DNA of 34,628 nucleotides from a virus (lineage: Duplodnaviria > Heunggongvirae > Uroviricota > Caudoviricetes): the IMG/VR virus record IMGVR_UViG_2558860472_000005, positions 1 to 34,628 of that record; one strand, written 5' to 3'. A program made the position numbers and the translations under genes. The notes under the pieces were generated by a model. That model was not told the origin of the DNA, made no database searches, and saw nothing but the letters and a program-made list of their open reading frames with translations. Positions within the stretch are counted from its first letter, which is position 1, and the number at the start of each line of letters is the position of its first letter. Shown here piece by piece: positions 7,854-16,243 of this stretch.

Positions 7854-8342
7854 ATGAGTCTGTTAAATGACGTTCAGAAATTCATTGAAGCCCATCCTGG
7901 GTGTACTTCCGGAGACATTGCGGATGCTTTTGCAGGTTACTCACGGCAGCGCGTTCTGCAGTCTGCAAGCAAGTTACGTCAGAGTGGGCGTGTGGCTCAC
8001 CGTTGTGAAGGAGATACACGCAGACATTTCCCGCGCCTGACTGAGAGAGCGCAGGAGCCGGAACCACAACCAGTTCGTGAAACCAGACCTGTGCGCAATT
8101 TCTATGTCGGCACTAACGATCCCCGGGTGATTTTGTGCCTGACCCGCCAGGCTGAAGAACTGGAGTCAAGGGGCTTATACCGTCGTGCTGCAACCGTGTG
8201 GATGGCGGCATTCCGTGAAAGCCACTCCCAGCCAGAACGAAACAATTTTCTGGCGCGTCGTGAGCAGTGCTTACAGAAAAGCAGCAAGCGCGCTGCATCG
8301 GGTGAAGAGTGGTATCTGTCAGGGAATTACGTGGGGGCGTAA
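7854..8342 (+). CDS. PerC-family-like transcriptional regulator
   Basis: ATG 7854 with SD AGGGGG; ELESRGLYRRAATVWMAAF matches the PerC/Pch L-E-x-x-G-L-[WY]-R-R-A-x-x-W hallmark (from memory). Confidence 0.55.
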   Translation: MSLLNDVQKFIEAHPGCTSGDIADAFAGYSRQRVLQSASKLRQSGRVAHRCEGDTRRHFPRLTERAQEPEPQPVRETRPVRNFYVGTNDPRVILCLTRQAEELESRGLYRRAATVWMAAFRESHSQPERNNFLARREQCLQKSSKRAASGEEWYLSGNYVGA

Positions 8343-8668
8343 TGACGACGTTAACTCAATGCCAGCAGCAGGTGCTGGATATGCTGATTTCTTATCAGAA
8401 AGAGCGTGGCTTTCCGCCAACCAATCAGGAGGTGGCAACCATGGTGGGATACCGTTCGGTGAATGCAGCGGTGGAGCATCTTCGCGCACTGGAGAAAAAA
8501 GGCCTCATCACGATAAAGCGTGGCGTGGCACGGGGGATAACGCTTCATACCGCTGTGAAGGACGACGACAGCGAGGCGGTCGGGATTATCCGCGCACTGC
8601 TTGCCGGTGAGGAAAACGCCAGGCTGCGTGCAGCCCACTGGTTACATGAGAGGGGCCTGAAAGTATGA
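8342..8668 (+). CDS. LexA-like DNA-binding-domain protein lacking the peptidase domain
   Basis: 108 aa from ATG 8342 (TAATG overlap); N-terminus resembles the LexA winged-HTH domain (compare LexA MKALTARQQEVFDLI...PNAAEEHLKALARKG); no S24 domain follows. Confidence 0.7.
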   Translation: MTTLTQCQQQVLDMLISYQKERGFPPTNQEVATMVGYRSVNAAVEHLRALEKKGLITIKRGVARGITLHTAVKDDDSEAVGIIRALLAGEENARLRAAHWLHERGLKV

Positions 8669-9054
8669 AGCTGATTCTGCCTTTTCCGCCCAGCGTGAAC
8701 ACGTACTGGCGACACCCCAACAAAGGGGCGTTTGCTGGTAAGAGCCTGATAAGCGCGGCGGGGCGCAAATTCCAGAGCGCGGCGTGTGCAGCAATAGTTG
8801 AGCAGTTACGTCGTCTGCCAAAACCAACGTCGGCACCTGCTTCAGTGGAGATCGTGTTGTTTCCACCGGATAACCGGATCCGCGATCTGGACAACTATAA
8901 CAAGGCGCTGTTTGACGCCCTGACCCACGCGGGTGTGTGGGAGGACGACAGTCAGGTGAAAAGAATGCTGGTGGAGTGGGGGCCGGTTATCCCGGAAGGG
9001 AAGGTCGAGATCACTATCAGTAAGTACGAGAAAACGGCGGGTGCAGCCGCCTGA
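8665..9054 (+). CDS. rusA: RusA Holliday-junction resolvase
   Basis: 129 aa; PFPPSVNTYWRH N-terminus and DLDNYNKALFDAL ... EDDSQV catalytic-region motifs typical of RusA. Confidence 0.85.
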   Translation: MKLILPFPPSVNTYWRHPNKGAFAGKSLISAAGRKFQSAACAAIVEQLRRLPKPTSAPASVEIVLFPPDNRIRDLDNYNKALFDALTHAGVWEDDSQVKRMLVEWGPVIPEGKVEITISKYEKTAGAAA

Positions 9055-9073
9055 TTAAGAGGAGAAACGAAGT

Positions 9074-9871
9074 ATGAATAATCTGATGGTCATTGATGGT
9101 ATTGAAGTTCGTCGTGATGCTTATGGGCGTTACAGCCTGAACGATCTGCACAGGGCTGCCGGTTCTCAGGATAAGCATAAGCCTGCATTTTGGCTCCGCA
9201 ATGAGCAAACCGAACGTTTAATAAGCGAGTTGCAGATTTGCAACTCGGTCAATATAGAGCCAGTTAACGTTAGTCGTGGCGGAAATAACCAGGGGACGTA
9301 TGTCTGCAAAGAACTGGTGTATGCCTATGCAATGTGGATCAGCCCGTCATTCCATCTGAAGGTGATCCGTACTTTCGATATGGTAACCAGCGCACCGGAA
9401 AAATTATCCGGGCAGGCTGCTGACAAGATGCAGGCTGGTGTAATTCTGCTGGACTTTATGCGTCGGGAGTTAAACCTGTCTAACTCATCTGTGCTTGGTG
9501 CCTGTCAGAAACTCCAGGAGGCTGTTGGCTTACCGAATCTGGCACCGCGCTATGCCATTGATGCTCCTGCTGACGCGCCTGATGGCTCAAGTCGCCCCAC
9601 GCTGTCGCTGAGTGCACTGCTGAAACAGTATGGTATCCGCCTTACGGCTAATCAGGCATATCACCAGATGGTGAAGCTGGGGATCGTCGAGCAGCGCGAA
9701 CGATACAGCCGTACCTCGATTAACAACATCAAAAAATTCTGGTCGCTGACAGCGAAAGGCTGCATGTTCGGCAAGAACATCACCAGTCCCGCAAATCCGC
9801 GCGAGACGCAGCCGCATTTCTTCGAATCCCGATTCCCTGAGCTGTTAAAGCTGCTCGATACCGTTCATTGA
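9074..9871 (+). CDS. KilA-N domain protein (antirepressor-like)
   Basis: 265 aa; N-terminal VIDGIEVRRDAYGRYSLNDLHRAAG matches the KilA-N DNA-binding domain. Confidence 0.7.
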   Translation: MNNLMVIDGIEVRRDAYGRYSLNDLHRAAGSQDKHKPAFWLRNEQTERLISELQICNSVNIEPVNVSRGGNNQGTYVCKELVYAYAMWISPSFHLKVIRTFDMVTSAPEKLSGQAADKMQAGVILLDFMRRELNLSNSSVLGACQKLQEAVGLPNLAPRYAIDAPADAPDGSSRPTLSLSALLKQYGIRLTANQAYHQMVKLGIVEQRERYSRTSINNIKKFWSLTAKGCMFGKNITSPANPRETQPHFFESRFPELLKLLDTVH

Positions 9872-9872
9872 G

Positions 9873-10868
9873 GTGACTGTGAGAGCACTACTGACCCCTG
9901 AAATTGCCCCGCGTATGGGGATCGTATTGTTCAGACCAGGTTCAGAGCTGATGCCCCTGTTTATGCAGGGGCGTGTCCTGCTGGAGCCTGAGCCGGAACG
10001 TTATTCATCTTTCGCCAGTGGTGCCGTTCCGGCGGCATCACAACCGCTGGCGGATGATCCTGCCGTTCGGGCCGTGTTCCGCAATGAGGCAGTGATCCGT
10101 CGTGCTGGTGGCGTGGAATGTCTTGAAAGCTGGTTACTTCGTGAAAAAAGCTGTCAGTGGCCTCATTCCGACTGGCATAGCGAGAACATGACAACAATGC
10201 GACACGCGCCGGGCGCAATCCGTCTGTGCTGGCACTGTGATAATCAGCTGCGCGATCAGTTCACGGAACGGCTGGAATCAATGGCAACGGATAACTGTGC
10301 CCGCTGGGTGTTGTCTGTTGTGCGTCGGGATCTCGGTTTTGATGATAGTCACGTTGTGACAATGCCGGAACTGTGCTGGTGGCTGATTCGTAATGATCTG
10401 GCGGATGCCTTACCGGAAAGTGCAGCCCGTAAGGCACTGAGATTACCGAAGCCTGTTGTGCCGTCTGTTACCCGGGAAAGTGACCTTGTGCCTTCGGTTC
10501 CTGCCACCAGCATCATCCAGGATAAAGCGAAAAAGGTGCTGGCGCTGAAAGTGGATCCGGAGTCGCCGGAGTCTTTTATGTTACGCCCTAAACGTCGCCG
10601 CTGGGTTAACGAAAAGTACACGCGCTGGGTTAAGACGCAGCCGTGTGCATGTTGTGGAAAGCCTGCTGATGATCCCCACCACCTGATAGGTCACGGTCAG
10701 GGTGGAATGGGTACAAAAGCGCATGACCTCTTTGTGTTGCCTTTGTGCAGAAAGCATCACGACGAGCTGCATGCGGATACTGTGGCATTTGAAGATAAAT
10801 ATGGCTCTCAACTGGAGCTGATATTTCGTTTTATCGATCGTGCGCTGGCAACTGGCGTGCTGGCCTGA
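9873..10868 (+). CDS. DUF968-like phage protein with C-terminal Cys/His zinc-finger (HNH-like) motif
   Basis: 331 aa, GTG start; C-terminal CACCGK...[10 protein letters not shown]...CRKHHDELH cluster; usual position between RusA/KilA and Q. Confidence 0.55.
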   Translation: MTVRALLTPEIAPRMGIVLFRPGSELMPLFMQGRVLLEPEPERYSSFASGAVPAASQPLADDPAVRAVFRNEAVIRRAGGVECLESWLLREKSCQWPHSDWHSENMTTMRHAPGAIRLCWHCDNQLRDQFTERLESMATDNCARWVLSVVRRDLGFDDSHVVTMPELCWWLIRNDLADALPESAARKALRLPKPVVPSVTRESDLVPSVPATSIIQDKAKKVLALKVDPESPESFMLRPKRRRWVNEKYTRWVKTQPCACCGKPADDPHHLIGHGQGGMGTKAHDLFVLPLCRKHHDELHADTVAFEDKYGSQLELIFRFIDRALATGVLA

Positions 10869-10885
10869 TTTTGTGGAGAAAGTTG

Positions 10886-11257
10886 ATGCGTGATATTCAA
10901 ATGGTTCTTGAACGTTGGGGTGCATGGGTGGCAAATAATCACGAGGATGTCACTTGGTCGTCTATTGCTGCAGGATTTAAAGGACTAATCCCTTCAAAAG
11001 TAAAATCCCGCCCGCAATGTTGTGACGATGACGCGATGATCATTTGTGGGTGTATGGCTCGCCTGAAAAAGAACAACAGCGATTTGCACGATTTATTAGT
11101 GGATTACTATGTAGGAGGTATGACATTTATGGCGCTTGCCCGTAAACATGGGCGTTCTGATTGCTGGGTTGGGCGTTTATTGCAAAAAGCGGAAGGAGTA
11201 GTTGATGGTATGTTGATAATGCTAGATATTGAATTGGAAATGGAACGTAAAATTTAG
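10886..11257 (+). CDS. Late-gene antiterminator Q-like protein
   Basis: ATG 10886 with SD GGAGA; ERWGAWV and [21 protein letters not shown] motifs resemble Q family (from memory); immediately upstream of lysis region. Confidence 0.65.
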   Translation: MRDIQMVLERWGAWVANNHEDVTWSSIAAGFKGLIPSKVKSRPQCCDDDAMIICGCMARLKKNNSDLHDLLVDYYVGGMTFMALARKHGRSDCWVGRLLQKAEGVVDGMLIMLDIELEMERKI

Positions 11258-11486
11258 TTATGTTATGAATAAATAAATGCTAATGATTTTTGTAAGATAG
11301 CTCATTTTATGTCCATAGGTGATGTATGCATTAATATGATTAATTTGTCTCCTTATAAAAATAAGATTATGTAAATAATAACAAAGGGTGACATTATTAA
11401 GTGTTGCTTTTTCTTAGTAAGTTGTTATCCTACTTAAGGTTGAATGATATTGTATCGAATAAAGTTGCTTATATAGAATTATTTTT

Positions 11487-12014
11487 ATGTTATGGCTTAT
11501 TGAGTTAGTTAATAGGATGATTGAATCAATGCTTTCAAATGTAATTTTAAGTGGAGCTATGTCCACGTTATTGGCTGCATTTCTAATTTTTGTGTTTAAG
11601 GAGTATATAAAAAGGCCACCTAATTTTTCAGGGGTGTTTGAGATCGAGTGTAAAACGCTAAAATCATCATATAATTCATATGTAAACCTAACTACATTCT
11701 ATACATTAGTGTTGATTTGTGATAATAACACTATAGAAGGACATATTGAAAAAATAAAAGATATCGAAAATGATGGGTATGAAAGAAAATATATTGGCGT
11801 GCATCGCAATATTGGCGATGTCAATGGTGTAATTAAAAGAAATTACTTAAGACCTAACCATGCTTCGTTGAATATAAAAATGCATGGTGATAAGAGGGAT
11901 TATACTATTATGCTATATTTTAAGAAGGTGAATACGAAAAATATGAAAGGAACTTTTTTATCTACTGCTGCAGATTCTTCTGGAGATGTTAAGTGGCAGC
12001 GAAAAAATTTTTAA
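11487..12014 (+). CDS. Hypothetical membrane-anchored protein (AT-rich cargo, first gene of pair)
   Basis: 175 aa; N-terminal TM helix (VILSGAMSTLLAAFLIFVF); very AT-rich; 22-nt overlap with the next gene; no family recognised. Confidence 0.5.
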   Translation: MLWLIELVNRMIESMLSNVILSGAMSTLLAAFLIFVFKEYIKRPPNFSGVFEIECKTLKSSYNSYVNLTTFYTLVLICDNNTIEGHIEKIKDIENDGYERKYIGVHRNIGDVNGVIKRNYLRPNHASLNIKMHGDKRDYTIMLYFKKVNTKNMKGTFLSTAADSSGDVKWQRKNF

Positions 12015-12637
12015 TTTATTTACTGTCGTTGCCATATTTAATAATGGCTTCGATTATCATAAAGCTTAAAGTTAAAAGTATAATTGATGATTATGAGAAA
12101 TGTACTACTTATATTTACTGTAACTCGAAGAAATATAATAACATTTCTCCTGTTATGATTGATATATTAAGGTTAGCAGAGGATCATCGACAATTATTGC
12201 ATAGAGGGATTGACCCCATTGCAATCATTAGAACTTTTTATCTGAGGATATTTAAAAATATACACCAAGGAGCGAGCACTATAGAACAGCAGTTTGTGAG
12301 AACTATAACTAAAAGATACGAAAAAACAATACGTAGAAAGATAAGAGAGCAGATATTGGCTATATTGATTAGAAATGTATCAACTCCAGATGATATATGT
12401 AAGTGTTATCTTTCTTGTTGTTACTATGGCTATGGAACTTATGGGATAGATAATCTTTTAAAAAAGAAACAAAATATCAGTGATTTTGATATTGTTGCAA
12501 TGATTAAATATCCATTCAGGGGAGAAGTTGTTTCAGTTACAGAGGAACGATTTAAACATAGGTCGCTCTATCTTTCCACTTTATATAAATTAAATGCACA
12601 AAGGGATATGATTTTTTTGCGAAAATATAGTGGGTGA
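11993..12637 (+). CDS. GT51 (peptidoglycan glycosyltransferase/transglycosylase)-like domain protein, membrane-anchored
   Basis: 214 aa from GTG; hydrophobic N-terminus; four GT51 motifs in order and native-like spacing: EDHRQLLHRGID, GASTIEQQ, RRKIREQ, YLSCCYYGYGTYG; both putative catalytic Glu present. Confidence 0.7.
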   Translation: MAAKKFLIYLLSLPYLIMASIIIKLKVKSIIDDYEKCTTYIYCNSKKYNNISPVMIDILRLAEDHRQLLHRGIDPIAIIRTFYLRIFKNIHQGASTIEQQFVRTITKRYEKTIRRKIREQILAILIRNVSTPDDICKCYLSCCYYGYGTYGIDNLLKKKQNISDFDIVAMIKYPFRGEVVSVTEERFKHRSLYLSTLYKLNAQRDMIFLRKYSG

Positions 12638-12834
12638 TTATGTTAAGTGTATTTTATTATGTGTCAAAAAGTTTAGTCATCTCTGCTTAATGTATAATCG
12701 TGAATGTTTTTATTCAGATTTTATGCATGTCAAGTTGATGAGTGCCGTCGACATAAGATATGGGGATAATGAATAGTTTACAATCGTAAATAATAGAATA
12801 TCCTGTTAAAAGTGGTTACTTCTCCACGCAGCTT

Positions 12835-12865
12835 AAACCCGCCGTCGAGCGGGTTTTGTCGTTTC
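12835..12865 (+). terminator. Rho-independent terminator upstream of holin (tR-prime-like)
   Basis: Stem AAACCCGC / GCGGGTTT with 6-nt loop followed by a T-rich tract; about 145 bp upstream of the holin start. Confidence 0.45.
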
Positions 12866-13008
12866 TGGGTCTGGGGATTCCTTGGTCCTAGCCTATCCCG
12901 CAGTTATCCATTAACTCGGCTTCTTTGACGTTTCCGCTTCTGATTTGCGGTACATGATGTTTCCTCAATTTGCACCTGCTGTATCAGCGAGGTGAGAGAT
13001 AACTACAA

Positions 13009-13335
13009 ATGCCTCATAACCCAAATACCTGGCTGGAGTTGGTCCAGAGCTGGTGGCGTGGAGACACACCGCTGGGCGCAGTGATTATGTCGATCGTTAT
13101 GGCTGGTTTACGTATTGCCTATTTTGGCGGCGGTGGCGGATGGAAACGAAAAACACTCGAAATTTTGCTCTGTGGCGCTCTGACGCTGACATTTGCATCC
13201 GCTCTTGAGTATGTCGGATGGCCTAAATCACTTTCTGTTGCCATTGGTGGTGGTGTTGGGCTGATCGGTGTCGATGCTATTCGTGGGGCAGCAATGCGAG
13301 TAATCGGTAACAAATTTGGTAGCTCGAAGGAGTAA
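13009..13335 (+). CDS. S: Holin (lambda S family)
   Basis: 108 aa; three hydrophobic segments and charged C-terminus; directly upstream of an R-like endolysin. Confidence 0.85.
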   Translation: MPHNPNTWLELVQSWWRGDTPLGAVIMSIVMAGLRIAYFGGGGGWKRKTLEILLCGALTLTFASALEYVGWPKSLSVAIGGGVGLIGVDAIRGAAMRVIGNKFGSSKE

Positions 13336-13338
13336 TTT

Positions 13339-13815
13339 ATGCAGGCACTAAATTCCCAGCGTAAAGCTTTCCTTGATATGGTGGCATGGTCAGAAGGAAC
13401 GGATAACGGGCGACAACCGACACGTAACCACGGTTATGACGTTATTGTTGGTGGTGAACTGTTTACTGATTACTCCGATCATCCTCGCAAACTTGTCACG
13501 CTAAACCCCAAACTCAAATCAACAGCCGCCGGACGTTACCAGCTTCTTTCACGTTGGTGGGATGCTTACCGTAAACAGCTTGGTTTGAAAGACTTCTCCC
13601 CCAAAAGCCAGGACGCTGTGGCATTGCAGCAGATTAAAGAACGTGGCGCTTTACCGATGATTGATCGTGGTGATATTCGTCAGGCTATCGACCGTTGCAG
13701 CAATATCTGGGCTTCGTTGCCGGGCGCTGGTTACGGTCAGTATGAACATAAAATTGGTGACCTGATTGCCAGGTTTAAAGAGGTTGGCGGGGTGGTAAAT
13801 GAAGTTGAGCTATAA
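13339..13815 (+). CDS. R: Endolysin, lambda R-type lytic transglycosylase
   Basis: 158 aa; near-identical over most of its length to lambda R as recalled (NQRKAFLDM.AWSEGTDNGRQ.TRNHGYDVIVGGELFTDYSDHPRKLVTLNPKLKST...). Confidence 0.95.
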   Translation: MQALNSQRKAFLDMVAWSEGTDNGRQPTRNHGYDVIVGGELFTDYSDHPRKLVTLNPKLKSTAAGRYQLLSRWWDAYRKQLGLKDFSPKSQDAVALQQIKERGALPMIDRGDIRQAIDRCSNIWASLPGAGYGQYEHKIGDLIARFKEVGGVVNEVEL

Positions 13816-14260
13816 GCTAGTTATCGCTGCTTTCTTCGTTACTATTATTGGTTCTTTCATCTGGTCAGCGAATCATTACCACAATCAAGCCATTGAATAC
13901 AAAAAGCAGCGCGACGAAAACGCTATGGCATTACATTCGGCTATGGCGACGATCTCTGATATGCAGAAGCGTCAACGTGACGTAGCTGAACTTGACGCCA
14001 GATACACAAAGGAGCTTGCTGATGCTAACACGACTCTCGAAAGTCTCCGTACTGATGTCTCTGCTGGTCGTAAGCGCTTGCAATTCGCCGCCACCTGTGC
14101 AAAGTCAACGACCGGAGCCAGCGGCATGGGCTATGGAGAAAGTCCAAGACTTACAGCTGATGCTGAACTCAATTATTACCGCCTCCGAAGTGGGATCGAC
14201 AAGATAACTGCACAGGTTAACTACTTGCAGGAGTACATCAAGACACAGTGCCAGAAATGA
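13799..14260 (+). CDS. Rz: Rz i-spanin
   Basis: 153 aa; N-terminal TM anchor, coiled-coil body; strong similarity to lambda Rz (AVNHY...QRD.NA...DMQ.RQRDVA.LDA.YTKELADA). Confidence 0.9.
   Translation: MKLSYKLVIAAFFVTIIGSFIWSANHYHNQAIEYKKQRDENAMALHSAMATISDMQKRQRDVAELDARYTKELADANTTLESLRTDVSAGRKRLQFAATCAKSTTGASGMGYGESPRLTADAELNYYRLRSGIDKITAQVNYLQEYIKTQCQK
14022..14207 (+). CDS. Rz1: Rz1 o-spanin lipoprotein (embedded in Rz, alternate frame)
   Basis: ATG 14022 with SD AAGGAG; signal peptide with lipobox-like VSAC; proline-rich mature region (NSPPPVQSQRPEPAAW); nested in Rz as in lambda. Confidence 0.75.
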   Translation: MLTRLSKVSVLMSLLVVSACNSPPPVQSQRPEPAAWAMEKVQDLQLMLNSIITASEVGSTR

Positions 14261-14332
14261 ATCTATAGATGACACTCCACGTTCGTATAAGATAATGCTA
14301 AATTACTATTAGCTTAATCACAGGAGACGGAC

Positions 14333-15196
14333 ATGGAAAGAGGTGTGGTATTTAGTGCATGCGAATTACTTAAAACCGAGGATGGAAAAGGCATCCGTAC
14401 AGGTAAATGGATTAGTCAATTAGAAATAAACTATCTATGTCTTTATTGGGATAAACTAGTTTCACCCACTAATAATATTATACATACAGCATTAAATAAC
14501 GAGGATGAATTAGAAAAATGTGGATTGCTAACCAGACCGGTATATAGACATCATGGTTGTTTTGATGGCCAATATATGGCGGATTTTTATGCTGAAACTC
14601 ATGCCAAAACAATAGATATACTTAGGCATGCGGATTCTTCTGTCGATTGGCGCATGCATTTTTTAAGTGACCAAATAAACTTGGTGCCTGAATTATCTAG
14701 AACCTCAGAAGTGATACGTTTTGAGCTAGCAAATTTATTACCCGTTCCCACAGAAGATGTGCACCTACATGATATTCTTGATTTCAAGGAAAGAAGAAAA
14801 CCTGAATTAATCGCTTTACATGAATATCTTGATGAGCTTTACTTGGAAATAAAACGTTCTGGTGATATCAATCTTCAGAAAGCAAAAGCTCTTTCTAATC
14901 TTAAACAAGCAATAAAGGATATCGAACGCTTAAATTGTGAAGTGTGGAAAAGTCCAATAAAATTTAGCATCTCTACTTCTTTTGAGTTCGATTTTTCACA
15001 AATATTTAGTCTGGCGGGAACTGTTTTATCTATGTCAGTAGATTATCCTTATAATGTTATTGGAGGGGTAAGTAGTTTGGCTTGTTTTTTGGGAGGATGC
15101 ATAAAAATAAAGCCGCAATTTCAACAAGTGTTATCATTAGGTAATGATAAATTAGTTTACATAAGCAAAGGAAAATCGGAGGGTATTATTTCCTGA
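14333..15196 (+). CDS. Hypothetical protein (AT-rich cargo between lysis and packaging modules)
   Basis: 287 aa; AT-rich; hydrophobic C-terminal segment (FSLAGTVLSMSV...GGVSSLACFLGG); no family recognised. Confidence 0.5.
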   Translation: MERGVVFSACELLKTEDGKGIRTGKWISQLEINYLCLYWDKLVSPTNNIIHTALNNEDELEKCGLLTRPVYRHHGCFDGQYMADFYAETHAKTIDILRHADSSVDWRMHFLSDQINLVPELSRTSEVIRFELANLLPVPTEDVHLHDILDFKERRKPELIALHEYLDELYLEIKRSGDINLQKAKALSNLKQAIKDIERLNCEVWKSPIKFSISTSFEFDFSQIFSLAGTVLSMSVDYPYNVIGGVSSLACFLGGCIKIKPQFQQVLSLGNDKLVYISKGKSEGIIS

Positions 15197-15272
15197 TTTT
15201 TGATTCTCATAATCAATGAATGTTTTTTGTGAATATACTTATTTTAACCCTATAAATAATCAAGGTAATAAA

Positions 15273-15623
15273 GTGCCTCCTCGTATCCCGAAAGCCTGCC
15301 GTGCTCGAGGTTGCCGTAATACCACCACAGACCCGTCAGGCTACTGCGAAAGCCACAAAAGCGAAGGCTGGAAGCAATACAAGCCAGGCCAGTCCCGACA
15401 CCAGCGCGGTTATGGTTCGAAATGGGATGTTATCCGTGAACGTGTGCTCAAGCGTGACAAAGGCCTGTGTCAGTTGTGTTTGCGTGCCGGTGTGGTGCGT
15501 GAGGCGAAAACCGTTGACCACATCATCCCTAAAGCACATGGCGGCACTGATGCCGACAGTAATCTGCAGAGTCTGTGCTGGCCGTGTCATAAGGCGAAGA
15601 CGGCCCGTGAACGGTTGAAGTAA
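15273..15623 (+). CDS. Phage HNH endonuclease (terminase-associated)
   Basis: Zinc-finger/HNH motifs (CRARGC...C, DHIIPKAHGGTD, NLQSLCWPCH); probable GTG start at 15273 rather than the AT-rich ATG at 15216; sits before terminase small subunit. Confidence 0.75.
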   Translation: MPPRIPKACRARGCRNTTTDPSGYCESHKSEGWKQYKPGQSRHQRGYGSKWDVIRERVLKRDKGLCQLCLRAGVVREAKTVDHIIPKAHGGTDADSNLQSLCWPCHKAKTARERLK

Positions 15624-15649
15624 GAACCAGTTCCCACTGCCAGAGGGGA

Positions 15650-15709
15650 GGGGCGGGTCAAATCCCTGTGACCTGACGTCTTCCGGACTGCCCGCCCCAT
15701 CGTTTTTTT
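15650..15709 (+). other. GC palindrome with T-run between HNH and terminase (terminator-like; possible cos-proximal element)
   Basis: Perfect 8-bp arms GGGGCGGG / CCCGCCCC separated by about 33 nt, followed by a 7-T run. Confidence 0.3.
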
Positions 15710-15748
15710 ATACCCGCGAAAAATGAAATTTAACCAGGAGTGCCGCAT

Positions 15749-16243
15749 ATGGCTGGAACGGCGGGGCGTTCCGGGCGTCGCCCCAAGCCAACGGCGCGCA
15801 AGGCGCTGGCCGGAAACCCCGGCAAGCGAGCCCTGAACAAAGATGAACCTGTTTTTACGCCCATCAAAGGTGTTGAGCCACCGGAGTGGTTCGCTGAAGA
15901 AGATCTCCCTCTCGCCACGATCATGTGGCAACTGACAACCAAAGAACTCTGCGGTCAGGGCCTGCTGTGCGTGACTGACTTGGCGGTACTTGAGCGGTGG
16001 TGCGTGGCCTACGAGTTCTGGCGACGTGCCGTGAAAAATATTGCCAGACAGGGCAACACCATCACCGGTGCAATGGGTGGCATGGTCAAAAATCCGGAGC
16101 TGACCGCCAAGAAAGAACAGGAGTCCGAGATGAGCAGCACGGGGGCAATGCTCGGACTCGACCCCAGCAGCCGCCAGCGTCTGATTGGCCTGGCGGGGCA
16201 GAAGAAAGCCACTAACCCGTTTCTGAAAATCATCGAATCATGA
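15749..16243 (+). CDS. Terminase small subunit
   Basis: ATG 15749 with SD AGGAG; 164 aa; directly precedes and overlaps large terminase; family assignment from memory. Confidence 0.8.
   Translation: MAGTAGRSGRRPKPTARKALAGNPGKRALNKDEPVFTPIKGVEPPEWFAEEDLPLATIMWQLTTKELCGQGLLCVTDLAVLERWCVAYEFWRRAVKNIARQGNTITGAMGGMVKNPELTAKKEQESEMSSTGAMLGLDPSSRQRLIGLAGQKKATNPFLKIIES

Noticed and set aside
11258-12637. Shiga toxin or porin cargo at the Q-S position
   Set aside because: Neither ORF resembles StxA/StxB or a beta-barrel porin; the second ORF instead carries GT51 motifs.
15216-15272. ATG start at 15216 for the HNH endonuclease
   Set aside because: The extra 19 codons are AT-rich and promoter-like; a GTG at 15273 matches where homologues begin. 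Kept as the alternative start.
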